Of a stretch of DNA of 43,569 nucleotides, positions 29,258-37,334 are shown in pieces. The DNA comes from Burkholderiales bacterium (GTDB lineage Bacteria; Pseudomonadota; Gammaproteobacteria; Burkholderiales; Burkholderiaceae_C), in NCBI GenBank assembly GCA_947446685.1, contig CANFIC010000001.1:1-43569 (forward strand), in the 5' to 3' direction. How positions within the stretch are numbered: the stretch's first letter is position 1; every line of letters starts with the position of its first letter. The notes under the pieces are model-generated. The model ran no database searches and was not told the origin of the DNA. It saw only the letters and a program-made list of their open reading frames with translations. The translations under genes and the position numbers were made by a program.

Positions 29258-30946
29258 ATGTCCGACATTCCCGCTGACACGCTGGCCCTGCAAAGCCTGT
29301 ACCACTGGGAGCGCGCCGCGCCTGACCGGATCGCGCTGACCCAACCGATGGGCGACGGCACCGTGCAGGATTTCACCTGGGCCCAGGTGGGCGACCAAGT
29401 GCGGCGGATGGCCACCCATCTGCAGGCGCAAGGCTGGGAACGCGGCGCCAAGGTAGCGATCCTGTCGAAGAACTGCGCCTGGTGGCTGATGAGCGATCTG
29501 GCGATCTGGATGGCGGGCTATGTCTCGGTGCCGCTGTACCCGACCTTGGCGCCCGAGACAATCAGGCAGATCCTCAGCCACAGCGAAGCCAAAGCCTGCT
29601 TCGTCGGCAAGCTCGATGGCTGGGAACATATGCAGCCGGGCATCCCCGGCGACCTGCCCTGCATCAGCCATGAGCTGTCGCCCGAAGGTGCCAAAAAATC
29701 CTATCCGCAATGGGCTTCGATCTGCGCCAGCCAGGCGCCGCTGCAAGGCGAGCCGTTGCGCGAAGCCGATGAATTGGCCACGCTGATCTACACCTCGGGC
29801 ACCACCGGCAACCCGAAGGGCGTGATGCAGAGTTTCGGCGCCATCGCCTGGGCCCTGACTTCAGGACTCAAGCGCATTCCGATGCAAGAAGATGACCGCA
29901 TGCTGTCCTACCTGCCGATGGCCCATGTGGTCGAGCGTGTGCTGGTCGAACAGGGTTGGTTGCGCACCGGCATGCATGTGTTTTTTGCCGACAGCCTGGA
30001 AAGCTTTGCCGCCGATCTGCAACGTGCCCGCCCGACCCTGTTCTTCTCGGTGCCGCGGCTTTGGGTCAAGTTCCAGCAGGGTGTGCATGCCAAGATGCCG
30101 GCGAAAAAGCTCGACCGACTGCTGTCGATCCCTTTCATCGGCGGCCTGGTCCGGCGCAAGGTGCTCAAAGCGCTGGGGCTCGACCAATGCAAGTTCGCAG
30201 CCGGCGGTGCGGCACCGATGCCGGTGGCCTTGCTCGAGTGGTATCGCAAACTCGGCCTGCCGATCAATGAGGGCTATGGCCTGACCGAGAACCTCGCGCT
30301 GTCGCACCTGACGCTGCCGGGCCTGGACCAGACCGGCACCGTCGGCCCACCCTATGAGGGCGTCGAGGTGCGCATCGATGCGACATCTGGCGAGGTCCAG
30401 ATGCGCAGCCCGGCGGTCATGCTGGGCTATTACAAAGAGCCCGAACTGACGCGCCAGACCTTCACCGAAGACGGCTGGCTGCGTACCGGTGACAAGGGCT
30501 CGATCGATGCCAACAACTGCCTGCGCATCACCGGCCGGATCAAGGATCTGTTCAAGACCAGCAAGGGCAAATATGTGGCGCCGGCGCCGATCGAAGATCG
30601 GCTGTGCATGCACCCCGATGTCGAGGCCTGCGTCGTCACCGGCGCCAACCTGGGCCAACCGCTGGGCTTGGTGATGCTGTCAGCTGTGGCCGTTGCACGC
30701 ATCCGCTCGGAAAGCGAGCGCGAGTTGCTGAAGACCGACCTGGTCCGACATCTCGAAGCGGTCAACGCGCCGCTCGACCCGCATGAACGGCTGGATTGTC
30801 TGGTCGCGATCACCACGCCCTGGACCGTCGACAACGGTTTCATCACGCCAACCTTCAAGGTCAAGCGCAACCATGTCGAAGAGGTCTACGCCTCGCATTA
30901 CGAATCTTGGGTGATGACGCGCAGCAAGGTGGTGTGGGGAGATTGA
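29258..30946 (+). CDS. AMP-binding long-chain acyl-CoA synthetase (FadD-like)
   Basis: YTSGTTGNPKG, EGYGLTE, GWLRTGDKG, TGRIKDLFKTSKGKYVAP. Confidence 0.92.
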   Translation: MSDIPADTLALQSLYHWERAAPDRIALTQPMGDGTVQDFTWAQVGDQVRRMATHLQAQGWERGAKVAILSKNCAWWLMSDLAIWMAGYVSVPLYPTLAPETIRQILSHSEAKACFVGKLDGWEHMQPGIPGDLPCISHELSPEGAKKSYPQWASICASQAPLQGEPLREADELATLIYTSGTTGNPKGVMQSFGAIAWALTSGLKRIPMQEDDRMLSYLPMAHVVERVLVEQGWLRTGMHVFFADSLESFAADLQRARPTLFFSVPRLWVKFQQGVHAKMPAKKLDRLLSIPFIGGLVRRKVLKALGLDQCKFAAGGAAPMPVALLEWYRKLGLPINEGYGLTENLALSHLTLPGLDQTGTVGPPYEGVEVRIDATSGEVQMRSPAVMLGYYKEPELTRQTFTEDGWLRTGDKGSIDANNCLRITGRIKDLFKTSKGKYVAPAPIEDRLCMHPDVEACVVTGANLGQPLGLVMLSAVAVARIRSESERELLKTDLVRHLEAVNAPLDPHERLDCLVAITTPWTVDNGFITPTFKVKRNHVEEVYASHYESWVMTRSKVVWGD

Positions 30947-30971
30947 ACCTGGGCTCGGCAGTAGACCGCTC

Positions 30972-31352
30972 TTGAGCTTCAGGCGGAACTGGCTCGGCCG
31001 CTGGGCCGCGGCACTGAAGACCGATGTGCTGGTGGTGTTCTTCGCCGCCCGTGATCCGCTCGCGCCGCTGCTGCTGCGGCTGGCTGCCTTGGCAGTCGCG
31101 GCCTATGCGCTGAGCCCGATCGACCTGATCCCTGACTTCATCCCGGTGCTGGGCCTGCTCGACGACCTGCTGCTGGTACCGCTGGGTTTGTGGCTGGTGC
31201 TTCGCTGGATGCCACCCGATGTGCTCGAGCGGGCCAGGCTGCGCGCTCATGCCCTGCTGCAAAAACCCAAGAGCTGGGCAGCGGCGGCGGCAGTGATCGC
31301 GGTCTGGCTGCTCGCTGCGGCAGCGCTGGTCCTGTGGCTGTGGCCGAAATGA
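30972..31352 (+). CDS. YkvA/DUF1232 family membrane protein
   Basis: YALSPIDLIPDFIPVLGLLDD signature. Confidence 0.88.
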   Translation: MSFRRNWLGRWAAALKTDVLVVFFAARDPLAPLLLRLAALAVAAYALSPIDLIPDFIPVLGLLDDLLLVPLGLWLVLRWMPPDVLERARLRAHALLQKPKSWAAAAAVIAVWLLAAAALVLWLWPK

Positions 31353-31436
31353 AACGGCGCTCAGGGCTGGGCAAAATACTGGCCTTGCGCAGCCCGCCTA
31401 TAGTCGCTGCAGTACAAGCAGCGATGGAGCAGCGCA

Positions 31437-31718
31437 ATGAAAGCAGTCTGGAATGGTGTCGTGATCGCCGAAAGCGCCGATACGGTGGTGGTCGAGGGCA
31501 ACCATTACTTCCCCCCCGAAGCGCTGAAGCGTGAATTGACGACCTTCAGCAACCACCGTACCGGTTGCGTCTGGAAAGGCCAGGCCCATTACCTGAGCCT
31601 GTTCGTCAACGGCGACCTGAACCCCGACTCGGTCTGGTTCTACCCTGAGCCGACCGAGGCTGCGGCGTCGATCAAGGGTCACTATGCCTTCTGGAAAGGC
31701 GTGCAGGTCATCGAGTAG
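31437..31718 (+). CDS. DUF427 family protein
   Basis: KAVWNGVVIAES...EGNHYFPP...CVWKGQAHY...WFYPEP...FWKGV. Confidence 0.9.
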   Translation: MKAVWNGVVIAESADTVVVEGNHYFPPEALKRELTTFSNHRTGCVWKGQAHYLSLFVNGDLNPDSVWFYPEPTEAAASIKGHYAFWKGVQVIE

Positions 31719-32889
31719 AGGCCGTCTGCAGCGGGGCCATCGGCCAGAGCGCCCAGAGCCGCAGCGGCTGTTTCATCCGGCCCGCCTGTGCCTCGGCCTG
31801 CGCACCCCAGCCCCAGAAATAATCAGCTCGCACCGCGCCCATGATGGCGCTGCCGGTGTCCTGCGCCATCACCAGGCGGCGCAAGGGCTGCTTGCTGAGC
31901 GGCTCGGTCGCATCCAGCCAGACCGGGGTGCCGTAGGGGATGCTGGCGCGGTCGACCGCGATCGACCGGCCCGGTGTCAGCGGCACGCCCTGGGCGCCGC
32001 GCGGTCCCAGTTCAGCATCGAGCATGGCCTCCTCGCGAAAGAACACATAGCGCGGGTTAGTCCACAGCAATTCGGGCGCGCGCTGCGGATTGCGCCGCAC
32101 CCAGTCGCGGATTGCCGGCCAGCTGGCTTGGCCGGGGCGCAAGTCGCCGCGCTCGATCAGGGCCCGGCCGACCGATTGATAAGGCTGGTCGTTGTGGCCG
32201 GCAAAAGCCAGCCGCAACAGCTGCTGACTGCCCGAGGCATCAACGATGTTCATGCGGCCCGAGCCCTGGACTTGGAGCAGCGCCAGGTCGACCGGGCTTT
32301 CGAGATAAGCGAGCTCATCGCCACGCAGCCGCGTACGCTGTTCGGTCTCGATCTGCTGGCGCGTGTAATAAGGGCGGCGCTGGCTCAGGTCGGCCGGCGC
32401 GCCATGCACCGGCACGGTGAAGCCGGCTTGCGGCTTGCGGCTGGCTTGCAGCAGCGGCTCGTAATAGCCGGTGATCAGGCCCTGCGCGTCGCCGCCAAGG
32501 CTTTCGACCCGGTAGGGCTGCAGGTGCTGCATCAGCCACAGCGCCGCCTCGACATCGTCAGCCGGCGCCGCCATGAAGGCCAGCGCACAGACCTCGGCCC
32601 AACCGGCAGCCGGCTTGTTGCAGCCGCGCAGCAAGGCCGGCCAGACCTCAACGGCGTGATCCTGGCCCCAACCCGGCAACTCGCCCCATTCCACCGGGAT
32701 CCAACGCGAGTTCTCGCGCAGCAACATGTCGCGCTGGCGCAAGCTGTTGTCCAGCGCCGGCGCGCGCGCTGCCGGTTTGGCCAAGGGCGGCAAGGCCACC
32801 GGGGACGGCGTCGAGCAGGCCGCCATGCCGCCTAGAATCGCAACGGCGGCACATCCGTGCAGCCAGGCTGAAATCGAGGTCAACGACAT
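31708..32889 (-). CDS. mltA: Membrane-bound lytic murein transglycosylase A (lipoprotein)
   Basis: Lipobox-like MAAC, GLITGYYEP, LQVQGSG, NPRYVFF, SIAVD, AQDTGSAI, RADYFWG. Start at 32889 is inferred. Confidence 0.92.
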   Translation of the reverse strand: MSLTSISAWLHGCAAVAILGGMAACSTPSPVALPPLAKPAARAPALDNSLRQRDMLLRENSRWIPVEWGELPGWGQDHAVEVWPALLRGCNKPAAGWAEVCALAFMAAPADDVEAALWLMQHLQPYRVESLGGDAQGLITGYYEPLLQASRKPQAGFTVPVHGAPADLSQRRPYYTRQQIETEQRTRLRGDELAYLESPVDLALLQVQGSGRMNIVDASGSQQLLRLAFAGHNDQPYQSVGRALIERGDLRPGQASWPAIRDWVRRNPQRAPELLWTNPRYVFFREEAMLDAELGPRGAQGVPLTPGRSIAVDRASIPYGTPVWLDATEPLSKQPLRRLVMAQDTGSAIMGAVRADYFWGWGAQAEAQAGRMKQPLRLWALWPMAPLQTASTR

Positions 32890-33004
32890 GGATTTGCTCT
32901 TGCTGGAGGCCCTCGGCGCCTTGGCCTTGTTCGTGTTCATCATCTGGTGGACCATGTTCTCGGGGCGCAAAGGCGGCGAGCGTCACCAAGACCAGGACCA
33001 GTGA
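32888..33004 (+). CDS. Small single-TM membrane protein (38 aa)
   Basis: MDLLLLEALGALALFVFIIWWTMFSGRKGGERHQDQDQ: hydrophobic helix followed by a charged tail; fills the mltA-apaG gap. Confidence 0.6.
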   Translation: MDLLLLEALGALALFVFIIWWTMFSGRKGGERHQDQDQ

Positions 33005-33019
33005 CCCGAAACGCGCCGC

Positions 33020-33394
33020 TCAGTGCAAGGTACTGCTGTCGGCCAGCATGAACTCGGCGACTTCGGTGTAAAAAACTTCGGCGGCTTCAGTGACACAGAG
33101 CAGGCGCCCGCTCATGCTGCCCTGCGGCGTGCCGATCTGCGCCCATGAGCTGTACTGGAACTTCTGCCCCGGCGCCAGCAAAGGCTGATGGCCAACCAGC
33201 GCCAGGCCTTGCACTTCCTGGACCAGATTGTTCGCATCGGTGATGCGCCAATGCCGCGCAATCACCTGCGCGGTGATGTCGCCGGTATTTTCAATCGTGA
33301 TCTGGTAGCTGTAGGCGTAGATCGCCCGCTCAGCCTGGGTCTGCTCGGGTAGCGCTTGTACGATCACGCTGCAATTCAATTGCGGTTTTGCCAT
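33020..33394 (-). CDS. apaG: ApaG (DUF525) protein
   Basis: YSYQITIENTG, QVIARHWRITD, VGHQPLLAPG, YSS, GSMSG. Confidence 0.9.
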   Translation of the reverse strand: MAKPQLNCSVIVQALPEQTQAERAIYAYSYQITIENTGDITAQVIARHWRITDANNLVQEVQGLALVGHQPLLAPGQKFQYSSWAQIGTPQGSMSGRLLCVTEAAEVFYTEVAEFMLADSSTLH

Positions 33395-33638
33395 GAGGCG
33401 GATTCTAGTTCGCCTACCCGGTTTTTGCCGCGAGTTGGCCCGGCCTTGCCAACTGAACCCGCTGCAAGCAAGCGTTCGAAATCAGGCGAACAGGCTGAAA
33501 TGGGCAGGATCCGCGCCCACGCGCCCCGAAAATCCATGGCGAGGGTTCCACCTCTGCTGGCCGCGGAATTTTGGTGTTAAAACCCGCCTGGTTCTTTTTA
33601 AGTTCGGCAAATTCAAATAACTCTCAGGAGTAAACCCC

Positions 33639-33953
33639 ATGGTCAATGAAATCATCGTGATTGGCGATCTGGAGATGCGCGAAGGCGTTTCAATGGACGA
33701 GTACAACAAACTGCTTGGCAAAATGTACAAGATCGTGAGCTCGATGCCGGGCTTTCAGTCAGTCAAGAAATTCACTGCTGACGACGGTGAAACAGTGAGT
33801 ATTTATCGGTTTGAGTCAGAACAGGCGCTGGAAGCCTGGCGTACCCAGCCCGACCATATAGAGGCGATGAAGCGCGGCCATGCCGAGTTCTACGCCTCGG
33901 GGCATTTGCAAATTTGCAAGGTGATCCGGGAGGTTGGCTTCAAAAAGCCTTGA
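33639..33953 (+). CDS. Antibiotic-biosynthesis-monooxygenase (ABM) domain protein
   Basis: MPGFQSV, FESEQALEAWRTQPDHIEA, FY; AGGAG RBS at about 33626. Confidence 0.85.
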   Translation: MVNEIIVIGDLEMREGVSMDEYNKLLGKMYKIVSSMPGFQSVKKFTADDGETVSIYRFESEQALEAWRTQPDHIEAMKRGHAEFYASGHLQICKVIREVGFKKP

Positions 33954-33982
33954 GTCAAACCATGGCGATAGGGACTTATTGT

Positions 33983-36055
33983 TTACAGAATCTCCCTCAC
34001 CAGTCTCTTTATAACGGTTCTGGACTGGCTGCCTTCTGGTATTGATTCCAATTCCAGACTGAACCTGCACCGCTCACCCGCGCTGGTTATGACCATCAGA
34101 CTTTCAATATCAGCAGCGGATTCCATCCGATGTCGTTCATATCGCGGCCCATACTTGCGCGGCGGCAAGTGATTCTTGATCAGCGCTTCAACAACTGCAG
34201 CGCCCTGGAGATCGCCAAAAGGTGAGGCCGTTGACCAGGTTCCATCCGGATGAAATAGCCTGGCCGCGCCAGCAGCATCGCGTCTGTCGACACAGTCGAG
34301 AAACCGCATCAATAGCAAGCGTTTGGAATTTCTCGCCGCGTAGCTTGTATGCAGCAATACCTTTGCGTAAACAGAATTAGGCTCAACCAATTCTGAGGCA
34401 TACAGTTTTTGAATTTCCTGATTTTCATACGAACGACGTCGCGGCGCTATTTTGTCGATTGCATAAATTGCCTGCGCGCGTTTTTCCAGGATCAGCGGGT
34501 CCATCGACTTGGGTTCGCCACCTCCACCCAGACAACCGCCCACACAGGCCATGACCTCAATCGCCACATAATCATCGCGCCAGGTTTCTGTTTGCAGCAT
34601 ATATTGGGCTGCTGCAATACCATTGCAGACGGCGACCTTGCCGATGCCGGCGATCTCGGTTGATTTAACGCCCTGGCTCACGCCGCGCAGCTGTTGCCAT
34701 TCCAAGGGCAGCGAGTTTTCCAGACCGACGAAATGGCTTGCGGTTCGCGCCACCGCTTCCATCACCCCACCCGATGCGCCGAAAATCTGTCCGGCGCCGG
34801 TGCTTTCACCCAGCGGATTGTCAAATTCACCATTTTCCGACAAGGCATCAAAGGCAATACCGCGTGCCCTGATCATTCTGGCCAGTTCACGCGTCGTAAG
34901 TACATGGTCTATATCACCCGATAAACCAGGCCGCATGGCCTCATCTTTCTTGGCGGTACAGGGCATCACGCTGACCACATAAAGCTCTTGCTTGCCCTCG
35001 ACAAAATCGGGGCCAAGCGTCGCTGCAAACGGACCGCGTTTGGCGATTGCGCCATGCATTTGCTGTGGCGATTTTGCTGTACTCAGGTGGGGCAGAAGAT
35101 CAGGCCGGTTAATCTCGACCCAGTTCACCCATCCCGGACAGCAAGAGGTAAAAAGTGGTAGTTTCTTCTGACTCCTCAGACGCACCAGAAACTCTGTTGC
35201 TTCCTCCATGACGGTCAGATCTGCAGCAAAATTTGTATCGAAGACATAATCAAAACCCAGCTGTCTCAGGGCATTGATCATTCTGCCCGTACTCACAGTG
35301 CCCGGTTTCATTCCAAACTCTTCACTGATCGCAACCCTTGTTGCGGGCGCCACTTGGACGGCAGAGATACGCCGGCGTGAATCGAGGATATTCAATACAT
35401 CATGCCAATGCGGTGCCTCGATCAAGGCACCCACCGGGCACACCAAGGTGCATTGCCCGCAGGAGATGCATTTGGTGTCAGCCAGGGACTGGTCAAAAAC
35501 ATTGACGGGCAAACGCTCGGACCCGCGCTCGGCAAATCCTATAATATATTGTTGTTGTCCCGCCTGACCGCAGGCTTCAGCACATAGGCCGCATTCAACG
35601 CATTTTGAAAGATCCCGCCAGATACTCGGCGATGTGTGGTCAGTCAGCCGATGTTCCGGATGCTCTGTGGATCCTCTCGGCAGGTATTCCCAGCGGTCCT
35701 CCAATTGATTTTCCCGCACAATATTCTGCAGTTTGCAAGCCCCGTTGACTTCACATTGCATGCATTCCTTGGGGTGGCGGGCCAACAGCCATTCTGCATC
35801 TGCCTTGCGAAATTCCTGCAGATCCCTGGAATCGGTTTCTACGATATCACCTGATTTCGCCTTGGTGACGCAAGCCGGTTGTGCTCGGGCTTCGCCTTCG
35901 ACATCAACAAGGCACATCCGGCATACGGCATGAGAAGGCAAGCGCGGGTAATAGCACAGCGTGGGGATATAGACTCCTGCTTCCCTCGCAGCATCGAGAA
36001 TCGTCGCGCCATCAGGCACTTCGACAAGTCTGCCGTTCACGCTTAGGTTGATCAT
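33983..36055 (-). CDS. hydA: Group A [FeFe]-hydrogenase (CpI-like FeS relay) with a fused C-terminal SnoaL/NTF2-like domain
   Basis: [2Fe-2S] TLC..CRMC..PAC; His-ligated HPKECMQCEVNGAC; two [4Fe-4S] motifs CVECGLCAEAC and CISCGQCTLVCP; APATRVA; ADLTVMEE; P1 FTSCCPGW; P2 MPCTAKKDE; P3 EVMACVGGCLGGGG; LLHTSY; then about 115 extra aa. ATG at 36055. Confidence 0.93.
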   Translation of the reverse strand: MINLSVNGRLVEVPDGATILDAAREAGVYIPTLCYYPRLPSHAVCRMCLVDVEGEARAQPACVTKAKSGDIVETDSRDLQEFRKADAEWLLARHPKECMQCEVNGACKLQNIVRENQLEDRWEYLPRGSTEHPEHRLTDHTSPSIWRDLSKCVECGLCAEACGQAGQQQYIIGFAERGSERLPVNVFDQSLADTKCISCGQCTLVCPVGALIEAPHWHDVLNILDSRRRISAVQVAPATRVAISEEFGMKPGTVSTGRMINALRQLGFDYVFDTNFAADLTVMEEATEFLVRLRSQKKLPLFTSCCPGWVNWVEINRPDLLPHLSTAKSPQQMHGAIAKRGPFAATLGPDFVEGKQELYVVSVMPCTAKKDEAMRPGLSGDIDHVLTTRELARMIRARGIAFDALSENGEFDNPLGESTGAGQIFGASGGVMEAVARTASHFVGLENSLPLEWQQLRGVSQGVKSTEIAGIGKVAVCNGIAAAQYMLQTETWRDDYVAIEVMACVGGCLGGGGEPKSMDPLILEKRAQAIYAIDKIAPRRRSYENQEIQKLYASELVEPNSVYAKVLLHTSYAARNSKRLLLMRFLDCVDRRDAAGAARLFHPDGTWSTASPFGDLQGAAVVEALIKNHLPPRKYGPRYERHRMESAADIESLMVITSAGERCRFSLELESIPEGSQSRTVIKRLVREIL

Positions 36056-36355
36056 TGACCTTAAACTCAATTGAGGATTTTGCGGGCTATTTATAATCGC
36101 AATGTTGCGAACCCGTCGGGCCATCTTATCGAGGCCGTGAAAAATTGAAACCCCCGACGGGGGATCAAGGTCGGCTTTCTGGCTTTGTCCCCCCACAAAG
36201 TTTGGGCCCTTGTCAGGTGGATCAATTCAGCGGCCGGCAGTCAAGAGAGCAGCCCTGAGACTGGTTGAAGGTGCTCGTCCAGCTCGGTCAGGACGAGCCG
36301 TGACGTCAAACTCAAGGCTGTGTCCAAATTTCAGACCTCTAGTCTGCTCTCTCGC

Positions 36356-36400
36356 TTGCGCCACTTGGCTCGATACGTATAAAATGACCCTATGTAGTCA
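36356..36400 (+). promoter_or_regulatory. Putative toxin-antitoxin promoter (TTGCGC-18 bp-TAAAAT) with operator TGAC-N8-GTCA
   Basis: TTGCGC at 36356-36361, TAAAAT at 36380-36385, inverted repeat TGACCCTATGTAGTCA at 36385-36400, just before the antitoxin ATG. Confidence 0.5.
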
Positions 36401-36414
36401 CAGGTGCATTCGCT

Positions 36415-36660
36415 ATGGAAATAGTTCAAATTCGTGAGGCCAAGGCTAGTTTTTCTGCATTGGTGCTTGCTGCTGAAAAAGGCCGGCCCACGCTCATCAG
36501 CCGCCATGGTCAACCCTGCGCAATGATTGTGTCGGTTGCCGATGGCGCACGCCTCTATCCGCTGGAAATGCCCAACCTGGCCAACTATTTGTTGGATCTG
36601 CCTGAGCCACTAGAGACTGAGCGCGACACCACGCCGCTTCGGGGTGTCGATTTTGTATAA
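36415..36660 (+). CDS. Phd/YefM family antitoxin
   Basis: 81 aa; VQIREAKASFSALV..AEKGRPTLISRHGQPCAMIV. Confidence 0.9.
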   Translation: MEIVQIREAKASFSALVLAAEKGRPTLISRHGQPCAMIVSVADGARLYPLEMPNLANYLLDLPEPLETERDTTPLRGVDFV

Positions 36661-37105
36661 TGGTTATCTGCTTGACACGACGGTGATCTCGATTCTGGCA
36701 CCGGGGCGTGGAAACATTGTGCCCACCCCGCTGGGCGAATGGCTGCAAGTCCATCACAAGGAACTTTTCCTCCCCGCTATTGCGGTGGCGGAAATGGCTC
36801 AAGGCATTGGCAAGTTGCGCCGCGCTGGTGGTACGGAGCGGGCCGATCGCCTTGACCGTTGGCTCGACGGATTGTTGGCCACCTATGCGGATCGCATCTT
36901 GCCTTTGGATGCACAGGCCGCCCGGCTCGCGGGTCAAATTTCTGATGCGGCTATGTCAAAGGGCTGCCATCCAGGTTTTGCCGATGTCGCGATTGCCGCG
37001 CTGGCCCAAAACGCTGGCCTGCTCTTGTTGACCAGCAACCTCAAACACTTTCAGCCACTCGGCGTGGCCTGCGTGGATCCATTGATGGCATTGCCTTCAG
37101 TGTGA
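36644..37105 (+). CDS. vapC: VapC (PIN-domain) toxin
   Basis: YLLDTTVIS, VAEMAQG, ADVAIAALA, LLTSNLKHF; overlaps the antitoxin. Start may be TTG at 36653. Confidence 0.9.
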   Translation: MSILYNGYLLDTTVISILAPGRGNIVPTPLGEWLQVHHKELFLPAIAVAEMAQGIGKLRRAGGTERADRLDRWLDGLLATYADRILPLDAQAARLAGQISDAAMSKGCHPGFADVAIAALAQNAGLLLLTSNLKHFQPLGVACVDPLMALPSV

Positions 37106-37334
37106 TGGAGTTCATGCTCACCGCGGTGCGCCTGCTTGCGCTACAAGAGGCCTTGCTCTACAAATTGGGTGACGACAGCCTGGCAGGAAAATCTCAAAAA
37201 ACAAGCAGCGTCCGCGGCGGCGGTAGGGCGCGGTGAAGCACCAAGACCAGGATCATGACCGCAGAGCCGGGTTGGTCGCTCTGAAGTTCTGCAGACTTGT
37301 GGCCTGAATCCGAGGTCGCCATGGAGGTCAGGCC

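Noticed and set aside
32890-32970. Longer mltA start at 32970
   Set aside because: It would place the lipobox too far from the N-terminus and overlap the plus-strand small TM ORF.
33983-36055. NuoG or formate dehydrogenase subunit instead of a hydrogenase
   Set aside because: The N-terminal FeS region is shared with those proteins, but the P1, P2 and P3 H-cluster motifs are all present and there is no molybdopterin domain.
36056-36196. 47-aa N-terminal extension of the hydrogenase given by the ORF track
   Set aside because: The ferredoxin domain begins at MINLSVNG (ATG 36055, AAGGT upstream); the extension is AT-rich, contains dyads and looks like promoter DNA.
37125-37132. GGTGCGCC as an att duplicate of the tRNA-Arg 3' end
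   Set aside because: Only 8 bp in GC-rich DNA, which is expected by chance.
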